50,233 nt of DNA from an uncultured Rhodospirillaceae bacterium. GTDB lineage: Bacteria > Pseudomonadota > Alphaproteobacteria > UBA8366 > GCA-2717185. Every line of letters starts with the position of its first letter. Positions within the stretch are counted from its first letter, which is position 1. The DNA lies in NCBI GenBank assembly GCA_964386465.1, contig CAYLTU010000003.1:1-50233 (forward strand), in the 5' to 3' direction. Positions 32,080 through 43,024 of this stretch are shown in pieces. The notes beneath the pieces are model-generated. The model saw only the letters and a list, made by a program, of their open reading frames with translations. It was not told the origin of the DNA and made no database searches. The position numbers and the translations under genes are program-made.

Positions 32080-33759
32080 CTACAGCCGCACAAGATGTAC
32101 ATCAACCGTTGGGCGCTTGCCACACAGCGCGCGCAATCGGCGGCGCACGGCGAGCCGGACGGCCTCATGAACCTGATCGTCTTTCAGCCGGGACTTGCGC
32201 GGCAAATCGTCGACCGCGTCAGCCGCAGCGTCGATCAACGAGTCGGCGATCTCGTAGTCCTTTTCAAGATCGAAGACGCCATGCGTCGATATCTTCGGAT
32301 CGGCCTGCAGTTCGCCTGTCTCGTCGACCACTACCGTGACCACCGCGGCACCGCTGTGCAGCATCTTGCGGCGTTCGCGCAGGGCGCTGCTACCCATCGA
32401 TATCAACCGGCTGCCGTCGAGCGCGAGACGGCCGCTGAACACTTCGTCGACGATTTCCGCCGGTCCCGGCGCGAGCTTGAGCAGCGTACCGTTCGGCGCG
32501 ACATGCGCTTCGGGCACCTGGCATTCCCGCGCCAGCTGTGCATGCGCCTGCATGTGGCGGATTTCACCATGTACCGGTACCGCGACGTTCGGCCGGACCC
32601 ATTGATACATCTGCGCCAGCTCGTCGCGGGCGGGATGACCGGAAACGTGAATATGCTTGTCGTCGTGCGTCGTCAGCAGTTCGACGCCATGCGAGGTCAG
32701 GCGGTTCTGCAGGCGGCCGATGGATTTCTCGTTGCCGGGGATGATGCGGCTGGAAAAAATTACCGTATCGCCCGGGTCGAGAACCGTATCGGGATGGTCG
32801 TTCCGCGCGATGCGCGCCAGCGCCGATCGCGGCTCGCCCTGGCTGCCGGTGCAGATCAACAAGACCTTGTCGCGCGGCAGCAGCGCCGCCTCCTTCGGCG
32901 ACAGGAAACGCGGGATATCGGTCAGGTAGCCGTTCTCCTGTGCCGCTTCGTAGAACCGCCACAGCGACCGGCCCACCAACCCCACGCTGCGGTCGTTAGC
33001 CGCGGCCGCATGAGCAATCGATTCAACCCGCGCGACGTTCGAGGCGAAACAGGCGACGACGACACGGTTATCGAATCGCCCGATCATTTCCGTAAGTCGC
33101 GCGCGCACGTCCGCTTCGGATCCCGACACCCCCTTTACCAGCACGTTGGTCGAGTCGCAGACCATCGCCAGAATCCCCTCCTCGCCGGCCCGGATCAGCG
33201 CGGCCTCGTCCGTGCTGGGCCCGACCAGCGGGTCGGGGTCGAGTTTCCAGTCGCCGGTATGCATCACGGCGCCGGCGCCGGTGCGGATCACGCAGGCGTT
33301 GGGCTCGGGAATCGAATGGGTCAGGGTGATCAGCTCGATATCGAACGGACCGACATCGAAACGGCCCGACAGCGGGATCTCGGTGATCGGCGCCTTGTCC
33401 TTGAGACCGGCCTCGGAGAGCTTGCGGCGCAGGATGCTGGCCGTGAACGGCGTCGCGTAGAGCGGGCACCGCAAGCGCGGCCACAGATAGGGCACGGCGC
33501 CGATATGATCCTCGTGCGCATGTGTCAGGACCAAGCCGGCGAGCGTATCCGCGCGTTCCTCGATGAAAGTCGGGTCCGGCATGATGACGTCGATGCCGGG
33601 AGTCTCGTCGTCGCCGAAGGTGATGCCGAGATCGACCATCAGCCAGGCGCCCGAATGGCCGTAGAGATTGAGGTTCATGCCGATCTCGCCCGCCCCGCCG
33701 AGGGACAGGAACAGCAGCTCGTTCTCGCCAGGCTCCCCGGTCGCCTCGAAGCCGCTCAT
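32080..33759 (-). CDS. rnj: Ribonuclease J
   Basis: LGGAGEIGMN, THAHEDHIGA, HSIPE, HTGDWK, TGSQGEP, HVSGH, PVHGE. Confidence 0.95.
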   Translation of the reverse strand: MSGFEATGEPGENELLFLSLGGAGEIGMNLNLYGHSGAWLMVDLGITFGDDETPGIDVIMPDPTFIEERADTLAGLVLTHAHEDHIGAVPYLWPRLRCPLYATPFTASILRRKLSEAGLKDKAPITEIPLSGRFDVGPFDIELITLTHSIPEPNACVIRTGAGAVMHTGDWKLDPDPLVGPSTDEAALIRAGEEGILAMVCDSTNVLVKGVSGSEADVRARLTEMIGRFDNRVVVACFASNVARVESIAHAAAANDRSVGLVGRSLWRFYEAAQENGYLTDIPRFLSPKEAALLPRDKVLLICTGSQGEPRSALARIARNDHPDTVLDPGDTVIFSSRIIPGNEKSIGRLQNRLTSHGVELLTTHDDKHIHVSGHPARDELAQMYQWVRPNVAVPVHGEIRHMQAHAQLARECQVPEAHVAPNGTLLKLAPGPAEIVDEVFSGRLALDGSRLISMGSSALRERRKMLHSGAAVVTVVVDETGELQADPKISTHGVFDLEKDYEIADSLIDAAADAVDDLPRKSRLKDDQVHEAVRLAVRRRLRALCGKRPTVDVHLVRL

Positions 33760-34529
33760 GCGCCGTTATTCCGCTTGTAGACTTCGAGCAGACCGCGGAT
33801 CGTCAGCTCGCGGTCGGTATGGTCGATGACGTCCGTCGAATCCGCAAATATCGCCGCGAGCCCGCCGGTCGCGACGACTTTCATATCGGAGTCGAATTCA
33901 CTTCTAATGCGCGCGATCATACCTTCGATCATTGCGATATAACCCCAAAAGATGCCGGATTTCATGGCTGGAACCGTCGACTTTCCGATGACTTCGTCGG
34001 TCGGTTCGATCCGAACGCGTGGTAATTGCGCGGATGCCATGTGAAGAGCCTCGGCGGACAGGTTGATACCTGGCGCGATGACGCCACCGAAATAGCTGCC
34101 CTCCGCATCCAAGACGTCGAACGTTGTCGCTGTACCGAAATCGATCACGATTGCCGGGCCACCATAACGGTTGTATGCGGATACCGCCGTTACCAGCCGG
34201 TCCGCCCCGACATGATCCGGCCGGTCGACAAGCACTTTTAGGCCCAAATCGACACCCTTGTCGCCGATCACCATAGGCGGTCCGCTGAAATAGCGTTCGC
34301 ACAGCGACACGAGATTGAACAGGCCCTGCGGTACCACGGACGCGATGATGCATCCCGTAATCGCACCTTCCGGGATGCCGCGCAGCGTCATCAGTTGGGT
34401 CAGCCAGACCGCATATTCGTCGGCCGTACGGTTGGTATCGTTGGCGCAGCGAAAGACGCCCTTCAAATCGTCGCCATCATAGACGGCAAATACGACATTG
34501 GTGTTTCCGGAGTCGATCGCGAGCAGCAT
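33756..34529 (-). CDS. coaX: Type III pantothenate kinase
   Basis: MLLAIDSGNTN, VGADR, IDFGTATTFD, GGVIAPG, VATGG. Confidence 0.95.
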   Translation of the reverse strand: MLLAIDSGNTNVVFAVYDGDDLKGVFRCANDTNRTADEYAVWLTQLMTLRGIPEGAITGCIIASVVPQGLFNLVSLCERYFSGPPMVIGDKGVDLGLKVLVDRPDHVGADRLVTAVSAYNRYGGPAIVIDFGTATTFDVLDAEGSYFGGVIAPGINLSAEALHMASAQLPRVRIEPTDEVIGKSTVPAMKSGIFWGYIAMIEGMIARIRSEFDSDMKVVATGGLAAIFADSTDVIDHTDRELTIRGLLEVYKRNNGA

Positions 34530-34544
34530 GCTAGGCGCTCCTTA

Positions 34545-34812
34545 GGAGCCTGTCCGAGTAATGCTTATGAACTGCATCGGCCAGAGAGTCGTACGTGTTA
34601 GGCGTGGTTGCGCCGGCGATGCCGGCGGCATCGTCAAGCAGCCACAACGCGGCACGCGCGCCTCTCCGGTCGACCCGAAGGGCCGCGTTCTCAAGGGTTT
34701 GGGACGTCGTCCGGCGCCGCTCGCGATGCCCCCGGCATCGCCACGCAACTCCCTCCTAACCCAAACCCTTGAGAACGCGGTGCAGTCTATAAGCATTACT
34801 CGGACAGGCTCC
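34545..34812. mobile_element. 268-bp MITE-like palindromic element, copy 1
   Basis: 24-bp perfect TIR GGAGCCTGTCCGAGTAATGCTTAT, flanked by TTA/TTA (34542-34544, 34813-34815); no transposase; 84% identical to 48791-49058. Confidence 0.88.
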
Positions 34813-35551
34813 TTATAAAGACGTCGCCCGCCGTGATCTTTTGGCGTTTACCGTCCGGCAGTTCCAGCAGCAATGCGCCGTCCGCGTCCATATCGTGGAA
34901 CCGGCCGGTAAGTTCACGGTCCGGCAACCGCACGGTAATTGGCCCACCGATACCCGCAGCCCGGTCCACCCAGGCCCGGCGCACCGGCGCCACCCCGGCC
35001 TCGAGCCAGCGGTCGCGCCAGACGAACAGCCTGTCGAGATAGTGTTCGAGGACGGTATCCAGCGCTACGGCCTTGCCGCAAACGGTTTCCAGATTGGTCG
35101 CCGGATAAGCGGTGTCGTCCGGATGCGACGCTACATTCACGCCGCACCCGATCACGATCCAGGACGCTCCGGCGCCGTTACCCTGCGACTCCAGCAGGAT
35201 GCCCGCGACCTTGCACCCGTCGACGAGTATGTCGTTCGGCCATTTGCACGCAATTTCCGCCGCCGCCGGCAGAACGGCTACGACGGCTTCCGCAAGCGCG
35301 ACTGCCGCGACGAGTGAAAGCTGCGCCGCCTCGCTCGCCGGCTTCCCGGGACGCAGAATCGTCGACGTGTATAGATTTCCGGCTGGAGAGGTCCACGCTC
35401 GGCCGCGCCGTCCGCGGCCCGCCGTCTGCTCGCGGGCCCAGACAACCGTACCGTCCGCCGCGCCGTCGAGCGCCCGCATGCGCGCCTCGTCATTCGTCGA
35501 TCCGACCGATTGGAGTTCGATCAGCGTGCAACCGTCTGGCAGGGAAGGCAT
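34796..35551 (-). CDS. birA: Biotin--[acetyl-CoA-carboxylase] ligase (no HTH); last codons and stop come from the inserted element
   Basis: STND, QTAGRGRRGR.W.SP.GNLY, KWPNDI, KVAGILLE, AGDV. Confidence 0.95.
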   Translation of the reverse strand: MPSLPDGCTLIELQSVGSTNDEARMRALDGAADGTVVWAREQTAGRGRRGRAWTSPAGNLYTSTILRPGKPASEAAQLSLVAAVALAEAVVAVLPAAAEIACKWPNDILVDGCKVAGILLESQGNGAGASWIVIGCGVNVASHPDDTAYPATNLETVCGKAVALDTVLEHYLDRLFVWRDRWLEAGVAPVRRAWVDRAAGIGGPITVRLPDRELTGRFHDMDADGALLLELPDGKRQKITAGDVFIRSLSE

Positions 35552-35566
35552 GTGATTGGTTTCGTA

Positions 35567-37027
35567 TCAGCCCGGTACCGCGAAAAGCGACGCGGCGGCC
35601 AATGCGGCGCTGTCCAGCAGCGGCGACGGCCATAGGAAAAACAGCATGGTGACGATACCGGTCAACGCCATGATGATGCGGATCGGCCGGTCGATCGGCT
35701 TGTCGAACATCTCCAGCAAGTCATCGAAGAACACGATCTTGACGATGCGGAGGTAATAGAAAGCGCCGACGACGCTGGACACCACGCCGATCACGGCGAG
35801 CGTATAAAGTTCCGCCCCGATCGCCGCCTTGAAGATGAAAAACTTGCCGAAGAAACCGGCCATCGGCGGGATACCCGCCAGCGAGAACATGAAGATCAGG
35901 ATGCCCAGCGCCATCATCGGATGGCTCTTTGCCGTACCCGCCAGATCGTCGATATTTTCCACCATCCGGTCATTGACCTTCATGGACAGGATGCAAGCGA
36001 AGGCGCCGACGTTCATCACCAGATAGATCGCCATGTAGATCAGCACGCCTTGCAGCCCCTCCTCGGATCCCGACGCCAGTCCGATCAACGCATAGCCGAC
36101 ATGACCGATCGAGCTGTAGGCCATCAGCCGTTTGATGTTGTGCTGCGCCACGGCCGCAAACGCACCCAGCACCATGGACGCGATGGAAATCAGCACGATG
36201 ACCTGCCGCCATTCCTCGATCAGGCCACCGAACGGCTCCAGCATCACGCGCATGAACAACGCGATCGCGGCGACTTTCGGCGCGACCGCGAACAGCGCGG
36301 TTACCGGGGTCGGCGCGCCCTCGTAGACGTCCGGCGTCCACATATGGAAGGGCACGGCGGACACCTTGAACGCAAGGCCGGCCGACAGGAAGACGATGCC
36401 GACGATCAGGCCGGGCGAAGCCGCCGCGCCATGGCCGTCGAACAGGCCGGCAAGCGCCACGAACTGCGTGGTCCCGGCGAATCCGTAGATCAACGAGCAG
36501 CCATAGAGCAACAGGCACGACGACAACGCGCCCAAGACGAAATATTTCAGGCCCGCTTCCGAGGAGCGGACGCGGTCGCGCTGGAAAGCGGCGATGACGT
36601 AGAGCGACAGGCTCTGCAGTTCGAGGCCCATATAGAGCGAGATGAGGTCGTTCGCCGAGATCATCATCATCATGCCGACCGTGGCGTAGACGACGAGGAC
36701 CGGGAACTCGAACCGCGCCATTCCTTCACGCCGGACGAAGCTGTCGCCCATCAGCAGCACAAGTATCGAGCCGAGCAGAACCAGAACCTTCATGAAAACC
36801 GCGAAGGAATCCGTAACGAAGAGGCCCGCGAAGGCGATCGAACGGACGCCGGAGGCCCAAAACAGGTAATAGGCCAGCACCACCGCGAACGAGGCCAGTG
36901 TCAGGGCGCTGACAATGCCTAGCGCGCGTTTCTCCGACGAGAAGACGCCGATCATCATCAGCACCATTCCCATGGCCGCGAGGAAGATTTCCGGGCCGGC
37001 GGCGAGCAAATCAGGCGTCGTAATCAT
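35567..37027 (-). CDS. nuoN: NADH-quinone oxidoreductase subunit N
   Basis: [35 protein letters not shown]; start set at ATG 37027. Confidence 0.96.
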   Translation of the reverse strand: MITTPDLLAAGPEIFLAAMGMVLMMIGVFSSEKRALGIVSALTLASFAVVLAYYLFWASGVRSIAFAGLFVTDSFAVFMKVLVLLGSILVLLMGDSFVRREGMARFEFPVLVVYATVGMMMMISANDLISLYMGLELQSLSLYVIAAFQRDRVRSSEAGLKYFVLGALSSCLLLYGCSLIYGFAGTTQFVALAGLFDGHGAAASPGLIVGIVFLSAGLAFKVSAVPFHMWTPDVYEGAPTPVTALFAVAPKVAAIALFMRVMLEPFGGLIEEWRQVIVLISIASMVLGAFAAVAQHNIKRLMAYSSIGHVGYALIGLASGSEEGLQGVLIYMAIYLVMNVGAFACILSMKVNDRMVENIDDLAGTAKSHPMMALGILIFMFSLAGIPPMAGFFGKFFIFKAAIGAELYTLAVIGVVSSVVGAFYYLRIVKIVFFDDLLEMFDKPIDRPIRIIMALTGIVTMLFFLWPSPLLDSAALAAASLFAVPG

Positions 37028-37040
37028 CTGCGCCCCCCCC

Positions 37041-38564
37041 TTACCGGCTCGCCGCCACCGCCGTGCCGCTTTCGGCAGCGGCGAGGGCGCCGTGGTAGTT
37101 GTCGACCAGATTGGCAACCGAAGCCGAGATCATGTCGAGGAACGGCGCCGGATAGACGCCCATCCACATCACGAGCACTATCAACGGCGCGAAGATCGCA
37201 ACTTCCCGCGCGTTCAAGTCGAGGATCGATTTGAGATCATCCTTTGTCAGCTCGCCGAAGATGACGCGGCGATAGAGGTAGAGCATGTAGGCGGCGCCCA
37301 GCACCATGCCGCTCGCGATCAGGAACGCCACCCAGGTACTCACCTCGAAGGCGCCGATCATGATCAGGAACTCGCCGACGAACCCGCTGGTCCCCGGCAA
37401 CCCGACGGATGCCAGCATGAACAGCATGAACACGGCGGCGTATCTCGGCATGCGGTGCACCAGCCCGCCATAGCGCGCGATCTCGCGCGAGTGAATGCGG
37501 TCGTAGACGACGCCGACGCAGAGGAACAATGCGGCCGAAACGAAGCCATGGCTGAGCATCTGGATGATCGCCCCTTCGACCGCCTGCTGGTTGGCGGCGA
37601 AGATGCCGACGGTGACGAAACCCATGTGCGCCACCGACGAGTAGGCGATCAGCTTCTTCATGTCCTCCTGCGCCAAGGCGACGAGCGAGGTGTAGATCAC
37701 CGCGATGATGCTTAGCGTGAAGATGAACGGCGTGAAGAAATCCGAGGCGATCGGCAGCATCGGCAGCGAGAAGCGCAGGAATCCGTAGGCTCCCATCTTC
37801 AGCAGCACGCCGGCAAGGATCACCGAGCCAGCCGTCGGCGCCTCGACATGGGCGTCCGGCAGCCAGGTGTGCACCGGCCACATCGGCACCTTGACCGCGA
37901 AGGATGCGAAGAAGGCAAGCCACAGCCAGGTCTGCAGGGCCGGGTCGAACTTGAACCGCATCAGCTCCGGAATATCGGTCGTGCCCGAGATGATGAACAT
38001 GGCGATGATCGCCAGCAGCATCAGTACCGAGCCGAGCAGCGTGTAGAGGAAGAACTTGAACGCCGCGTAGACACGCCGCGGGCCGCCCCACACACCGATG
38101 ATCAGGAACATCGGGATCAGTACGGCCTCGAAGAAGATGTAGAAGACCACGAAGTCGAGCGCGGCGAACATGCCGACCATCATCGTCTCCAGCACGAGGA
38201 AGGCGATCATGTACTCCTTGACGCGCTCCTGGATCGCTTTCCAGCTCGCCAGGATGCAGATCGGCGTCAGCAGTGTCGAAAGCAGGACGAAGAATACCGA
38301 AATCCCGTCGACGCCCAACTTGTAGGAAATATCGAAGGCGGGAATCCAGCTGTGCAGCTCGACGAACTGAAAGGCGGGCGTGCCGCTCTCGAACCGGAAC
38401 CACAGGACGAGCGACGCGAAGAACGTCGCGAGCGAGACCCAGAACGCGCCCCAGCGCGAATTGCGCGCGACGTCTTCCGGCGCGCCGCGTACGAACAGCA
38501 GGATCATGATCGCGCCGGCGAGCGGCAGGAAGGTAACGAAGGACAGAAGCGGGAAATCTGTCAT
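37041..38564 (-). CDS. nuoM: NADH-quinone oxidoreductase subunit M
   Basis: [40 protein letters not shown]. Confidence 0.97.
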   Translation of the reverse strand: MTDFPLLSFVTFLPLAGAIMILLFVRGAPEDVARNSRWGAFWVSLATFFASLVLWFRFESGTPAFQFVELHSWIPAFDISYKLGVDGISVFFVLLSTLLTPICILASWKAIQERVKEYMIAFLVLETMMVGMFAALDFVVFYIFFEAVLIPMFLIIGVWGGPRRVYAAFKFFLYTLLGSVLMLLAIIAMFIISGTTDIPELMRFKFDPALQTWLWLAFFASFAVKVPMWPVHTWLPDAHVEAPTAGSVILAGVLLKMGAYGFLRFSLPMLPIASDFFTPFIFTLSIIAVIYTSLVALAQEDMKKLIAYSSVAHMGFVTVGIFAANQQAVEGAIIQMLSHGFVSAALFLCVGVVYDRIHSREIARYGGLVHRMPRYAAVFMLFMLASVGLPGTSGFVGEFLIMIGAFEVSTWVAFLIASGMVLGAAYMLYLYRRVIFGELTKDDLKSILDLNAREVAIFAPLIVLVMWMGVYPAPFLDMISASVANLVDNYHGALAAAESGTAVAASR

Positions 38565-38568
38565 CGCG

Positions 38569-40515
38569 TCAGCCCTTCATGAAGAAGTAGAACGTCACGA
38601 GGACCACGACGCCGATCAACATCGCGAAAGCGTAATGATAGAGGTAGCCGCTCTGCAACGCGCTGGCGCGGCGCGCGAGGCGTAGCGTTGTCTCGGCAAT
38701 ACCATCCGGTCCAACCCCGTCGATCACCGCGCCGTCGCCGGATTTCCAGAAACCGCGCCCCAGGTAAAACGCCGGTCGTACGAAGATCCGGTCGTAGATT
38801 TCGTCGAAATACCACTTGTTGAATGACAGCAGATAGGCCGGCCGCAACTTCGCGGCCCAGATCGCCGGCAGGTCGGTCTTCAAAATGTACATGTAATAGG
38901 CCAGCCCAATTCCACCCGCGACCATCACAAGCGGCAGCACCTTGACCCAGATCGGAACGTGATGTGCATCTGCCAACGCGGTATGGGTGGGCAGAATGGC
39001 AATCGAATCGCCCCAGAAATCCGCCATCCCGTCACCAACGAACAGATGGTAGCCCAGCGCGCCGGAGAATATTGCGCCGAGCGCCAACAGAAAGAGCGGC
39101 CAGATCATCACCCGGGGCGACTCATGCACATGCGCCAGGGTATCCTCGTCGCAGCGCGGCTCGCCATGGAAGGTCATGAACAGCAGGCGCCAGGAATAAA
39201 ACGCGGTCATGAACGCGGCCGCTATCCCGAGCCAGAACGCATAAGTGCCAACACCGCTATGCGCAGCGAAGGCCGATTCCAGGATCACGTCCTTCGAAAA
39301 GAACCCAGCGAAACCGATAAACGTGCCGGGAATACCGATGCCGGCGAGTGCGACGCTGCCGATCAGCATCAGCGAATAGGTCACCTTGATCCGGCTTCCC
39401 AGCCCGCCCATCTTGCGCATGTCCTGCTCATCGGACATGGCGTGGATCACCGAGCCGGAGCCAAGGAAAAGCAGCGCCTTGAAGAAGGCGTGGGTCATCA
39501 GGTGGAAGATCGCCGCCGGATAAGCGGAGACGCCCACCGCGAAGAACATGTAGCCGAGTTGCGAGCAAGTCGAATAGGCAATCACCCGCTTGATGTCGTT
39601 CTGCGTCAGCCCGATCGTCGCGGTCACGAACGCCGTCGTCGCGCCGACGATCGTGACGACCATCAGCGCCGTCTCCGACTGCTCGAACAGCGGCGACAAG
39701 CGTACCACCATGAAGACACCGGCGGTGACCATGGTCGCGGCGTGGATCAGCGCGGAGACCGGGGTCGGGCCCTCCATCGCGTCCGGCAGCCAGGTGTGCA
39801 GGCCGATCTGCGCCGATTTGCCCATCGCGCCGATGAACAGCAGCAGACAGGTGACGGTCAGCGCATGGAATTCCATGTCGAGGAAGACGAGCGTGGCGCC
39901 CGCCTTGCCCGACGCCGCTGCGAAGATCGTGTCGAGATGCACGGTGCCGAACAGCACAAAGACCGCGAAGATGCCCAGCGCAAAACCGATATCGCCGACC
40001 CGGTTGACGAGGAACGCCTTGATCGCCGCCGCGTTTGCCGACGGCCGCTTGTACCAGAAGCCGATCAGCAGATAGGAGCACAGGCCGACGCCTTCCCAGC
40101 CGAAGAACAGCTGCACCAGATTGTCCGCCGTCACCAGCATCAGCATGCTGAAAGTGAACAGGCTGAGATAGGCGAAGAAGCGCGGGATGCAATCGTCGTG
40201 GTGCATATAGCCGATCGAGTAGATATGCACCACGGCGGACACCACCGTGACGACGATCAGCATGACGGCCGTCAAGGTGTCAACCTTGAGCGCCCAGAAA
40301 AATTCCAGGTCGCCCGACGTCACCCACTCGAACAGCACGACGGTACGCGGATCGCCGCCCAGCGCCACCGCAACGAACAGGTAGCAGGAGATCAGCGCCG
40401 AGATCACCAGCAGACTGCAGGTGATGTACATCGACGCCTTGTCGCCGATCATCCGCCCGAAAAATCCGGCGATGAATGCGCCCAGCAACGGCAGGAATAC
40501 GACCGCGGCTTCCAT
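38569..40515 (-). CDS. nuoL: NADH-quinone oxidoreductase subunit L
   Basis: [51 protein letters not shown]. Confidence 0.97.
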   Translation of the reverse strand: MEAAVVFLPLLGAFIAGFFGRMIGDKASMYITCSLLVISALISCYLFVAVALGGDPRTVVLFEWVTSGDLEFFWALKVDTLTAVMLIVVTVVSAVVHIYSIGYMHHDDCIPRFFAYLSLFTFSMLMLVTADNLVQLFFGWEGVGLCSYLLIGFWYKRPSANAAAIKAFLVNRVGDIGFALGIFAVFVLFGTVHLDTIFAAASGKAGATLVFLDMEFHALTVTCLLLFIGAMGKSAQIGLHTWLPDAMEGPTPVSALIHAATMVTAGVFMVVRLSPLFEQSETALMVVTIVGATTAFVTATIGLTQNDIKRVIAYSTCSQLGYMFFAVGVSAYPAAIFHLMTHAFFKALLFLGSGSVIHAMSDEQDMRKMGGLGSRIKVTYSLMLIGSVALAGIGIPGTFIGFAGFFSKDVILESAFAAHSGVGTYAFWLGIAAAFMTAFYSWRLLFMTFHGEPRCDEDTLAHVHESPRVMIWPLFLLALGAIFSGALGYHLFVGDGMADFWGDSIAILPTHTALADAHHVPIWVKVLPLVMVAGGIGLAYYMYILKTDLPAIWAAKLRPAYLLSFNKWYFDEIYDRIFVRPAFYLGRGFWKSGDGAVIDGVGPDGIAETTLRLARRASALQSGYLYHYAFAMLIGVVVLVTFYFFMKG

Positions 40516-40520
40516 CCCGA

Positions 40521-40832
40521 TTAACCCTTCATCACGTTGATATCCTCAACCGCAATGGATCCGCGGTTGCGGTAATAGACGACCAGGATCGCGAGACCGA
40601 TCGCCGCCTCCGCCGCCGCGACGGTGAGGATGAACATCGCGAAAATTTGCCCCATCAGATCGCCGAGATGGGTCGAAAACGCGACAAGATTGATATTAAC
40701 GGCGAGCAGCATCAGCTCGATCGACATCAGGATAATGATCACGTTCTTGCGGTTCAGGAAGATTCCGAACAGCCCGAGCGTGAACAGGATCGCCGCGACG
40801 GTCAGGTAATGGGAGAGGCCGATTTCCAGCAT
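40521..40832 (-). CDS. nuoK: NADH-quinone oxidoreductase subunit K
   Basis: [21 protein letters not shown]. Confidence 0.97.
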   Translation of the reverse strand: MLEIGLSHYLTVAAILFTLGLFGIFLNRKNVIIILMSIELMLLAVNINLVAFSTHLGDLMGQIFAMFILTVAAAEAAIGLAILVVYYRNRGSIAVEDINVMKG

Positions 40833-40833
40833 G

Positions 40834-41448
40834 TCAGATACCGCTACCCGTCGTGACCTTGACGATTTCGATCGCCTCGTCCGGCCGACGCGCGAGCTGG
40901 TCGCCGATACGCTGTTTGCGCACGCCCGCCCGCGAGCGCAGAGTCAGAACGATGGCGCCGACCATCGCGACCAGCAGCACGAGGCCCGCCGCCTGGAACA
41001 GGTATATGTACTTGGTATAGATCAGTCGGCCGATGGCTTCCGTATTGGTCACCTGGTCAACCGGCGGAATCGGCGCGGCGGCGACGGTTCCGGCCTGCGG
41101 GAGGACGACCCACCCGCTGCCGACGACCAGAAGTTCCGCCAGAAGAATGAGCCCGATCAGCCCGCCCATCGGAAGGTATTGCGCGAAGCCGGCGCGAAGC
41201 TCGACGAAATTGATGTCGAGCATCATGACGACGAACAGGAACAGCACGGCGACGGCGCCGACATAGACGATGACCAGGATCATCGCCAGGAATTCGGCGC
41301 CCATCAAGACAAACAAGCCGGCGCCATTGAAGAAGGCAAGGATCAGGAACAGCACGGAATGCACCGGATTGCGCGAAGCGATCACCAGCACGCCCGCGGC
41401 CACCGCCACGAACGCGAAGAGATAGAACGCCAAGGCTTGAATGATCAT
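40834..41448 (-). CDS. nuoJ: NADH-quinone oxidoreductase subunit J
   Basis: [31 protein letters not shown]. Confidence 0.97.
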   Translation of the reverse strand: MIIQALAFYLFAFVAVAAGVLVIASRNPVHSVLFLILAFFNGAGLFVLMGAEFLAMILVIVYVGAVAVLFLFVVMMLDINFVELRAGFAQYLPMGGLIGLILLAELLVVGSGWVVLPQAGTVAAAPIPPVDQVTNTEAIGRLIYTKYIYLFQAAGLVLLVAMVGAIVLTLRSRAGVRKQRIGDQLARRPDEAIEIVKVTTGSGI

Positions 41449-41487
41449 GCAGTCCCCTCCACGCTTGCGGCCGCAAGCGCGCCTTGA

Positions 41488-41976
41488 TTACCGATAGGGT
41501 AAATCCTGTTCAATGTTCCCGGCGATCTCCGCCTCCCAGCGTTCGCCGTTCGCCAAAAGCTTGTCCTTGTCATAGAAGAGTTCCTCGCGGGTTTCCGTCG
41601 CGAACTCGTAGTTCGGGCCTTCGACGATCGCGTCTACCGGACAGGCTTCCTGGCAGAAACCGCAATAGATGCATTTCGTCATGTCGATATCGTAGCGGGT
41701 CGTCCGCCGGCTGCCGTCATCGCGCGGCGCCGCCTCGATGGTGATCGCCTGGGCCGGGCAAATCGCCTCGCACAGTTTGCAGGCGATACAGCGTTCCTCG
41801 CCGTTCGGATAGCGGCGCAACGCATGTTCACCGCGGAAGCGCGGCGACAGCGGCCCCTTCTCATAAGGATAATTTATCGTGTGCTTCGGCCGGAACATCG
41901 AACGCCACGTGAGGTACATGCCCTGAACGAGCTCGGCGAGCAGCAGGCCCTTTACGGTGCGTTCTAGCAGCGCCAT
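41488..41976 (-). CDS. nuoI: NADH-quinone oxidoreductase subunit I
   Basis: [12 protein letters not shown] and [12 protein letters not shown] 4Fe-4S motifs. Confidence 0.98.
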   Translation of the reverse strand: MALLERTVKGLLLAELVQGMYLTWRSMFRPKHTINYPYEKGPLSPRFRGEHALRRYPNGEERCIACKLCEAICPAQAITIEAAPRDDGSRRTTRYDIDMTKCIYCGFCQEACPVDAIVEGPNYEFATETREELFYDKDKLLANGERWEAEIAGNIEQDLPYR

Positions 41977-41998
41977 GTCGGATCCCTCACCAAATCAC

Positions 41999-43024
41999 TC
42001 ATGTGCCCGGTACCTTATCGAGCAAAAACAGCCAGCCGGCGGCGACAACCACCCACAGCAACGAGAACGGCAGGAATACTTTCCAGCCCAGCCGCATCAG
42101 TTGGTCGTAGCGGTAGCGCGGGAAGGTCGCGCGCACCCACAGGAAGATGAACAGGCAGAAGGCGATCTTGCCGGCGAACCAGATCGGCCCCGGAATCCAG
42201 GTGAAGGGCACGATATCGAACGGCGCCATCCAGCCGCCGAGGAACAGGATCGACGTCATCGCGCACATCAGGATCATGTTCGCGTATTCGCCGAGAAAGA
42301 ACATGGCGAAGGTCATCGCCGAGTATTCGACGTTGTAACCCGACACCAGCTCCGCTTCCGCTTCCGGCAGGTCGAAGGGTGCGCGGTTGGTCTCCGCCAG
42401 GGTCGAGATGAAGAAGATGACCGCCATCGGAAACAGGATGCCGAAGAAATGCCAATTCCAGAAACCTCCGGCCTGCGCCTCGACGATGGCGGACAGGTTC
42501 AGCGATCCGACGAACAACAGCACGGTAATGATGACGAAGCCCATCGACACTTCGTAGGACACCATCTGCGCCGCGGAGCGCAGCGCGCCAAGAAACGCGT
42601 ATTTCGAATTCGACGACCAGCCGGCCATGATGATGCCGTAGACGCCCAACGATGAAATCGCAAAAAGATAAAGAATTCCGACATTTAAATCCGAAAGAAC
42701 AAGTCCTGCATCAAATGGAATGACGGCCCATGCGATGAGGCTGAGGATGAATGTCACCATCGGCGCGGCAAAGAACATGCCGCGGTTCGAGCTCGCCGGG
42801 ATGATGGTTTCCTTGAAAAACAGCTTCATGCCGTCCGCGATCGGCTGTAGCAAGCCGAACGGCCCGACCACGTTGGGCCCCTTGCGCAGTTGCATCCAGC
42901 CGATGACCTTGCGCTCCGCCAGGGTCAGATAGGCGACGGCGCCCAACAGCGGCGCCACGATAAGCACGATGTAGAAGACGATGACGATCGTCGGCCAGGC
43001 GTATATGTCCCAGAATTCAGCCAT
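41999..43024 (-). CDS. nuoH: NADH-quinone oxidoreductase subunit H
   Basis: [42 protein letters not shown]. Confidence 0.98.
   Translation of the reverse strand: MAEFWDIYAWPTIVIVFYIVLIVAPLLGAVAYLTLAERKVIGWMQLRKGPNVVGPFGLLQPIADGMKLFFKETIIPASSNRGMFFAAPMVTFILSLIAWAVIPFDAGLVLSDLNVGILYLFAISSLGVYGIIMAGWSSNSKYAFLGALRSAAQMVSYEVSMGFVIITVLLFVGSLNLSAIVEAQAGGFWNWHFFGILFPMAVIFFISTLAETNRAPFDLPEAEAELVSGYNVEYSAMTFAMFFLGEYANMILMCAMTSILFLGGWMAPFDIVPFTWIPGPIWFAGKIAFCLFIFLWVRATFPRYRYDQLMRLGWKVFLPFSLLWVVVAAGWLFLLDKVPGT

Noticed and set aside
31819-33780. Long antisense ORFs (e.g. 653 aa here, 634 aa at 8404-10308, 543 aa at 25346-26977, 521 aa at 38959-40524)
   Set aside because: Shadow frames opposite well-conserved genes in high-GC DNA, with no recognisable motifs
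34561-34818. 84-85 aa ORFs on both strands of each element copy as real protein genes
   Set aside because: For the plus-strand frame the 40 differences between copies fall 13/11/16 on codon positions 1/2/3, so there is no clear coding constraint; base-pair covariation explains them better
37033-37040. G8 tract (minus strand) in the nuoN RBS region as a phase-variation switch
   Set aside because: Short, intergenic, probably just a G-rich RBS; nothing else suggests slippage control of an essential subunit
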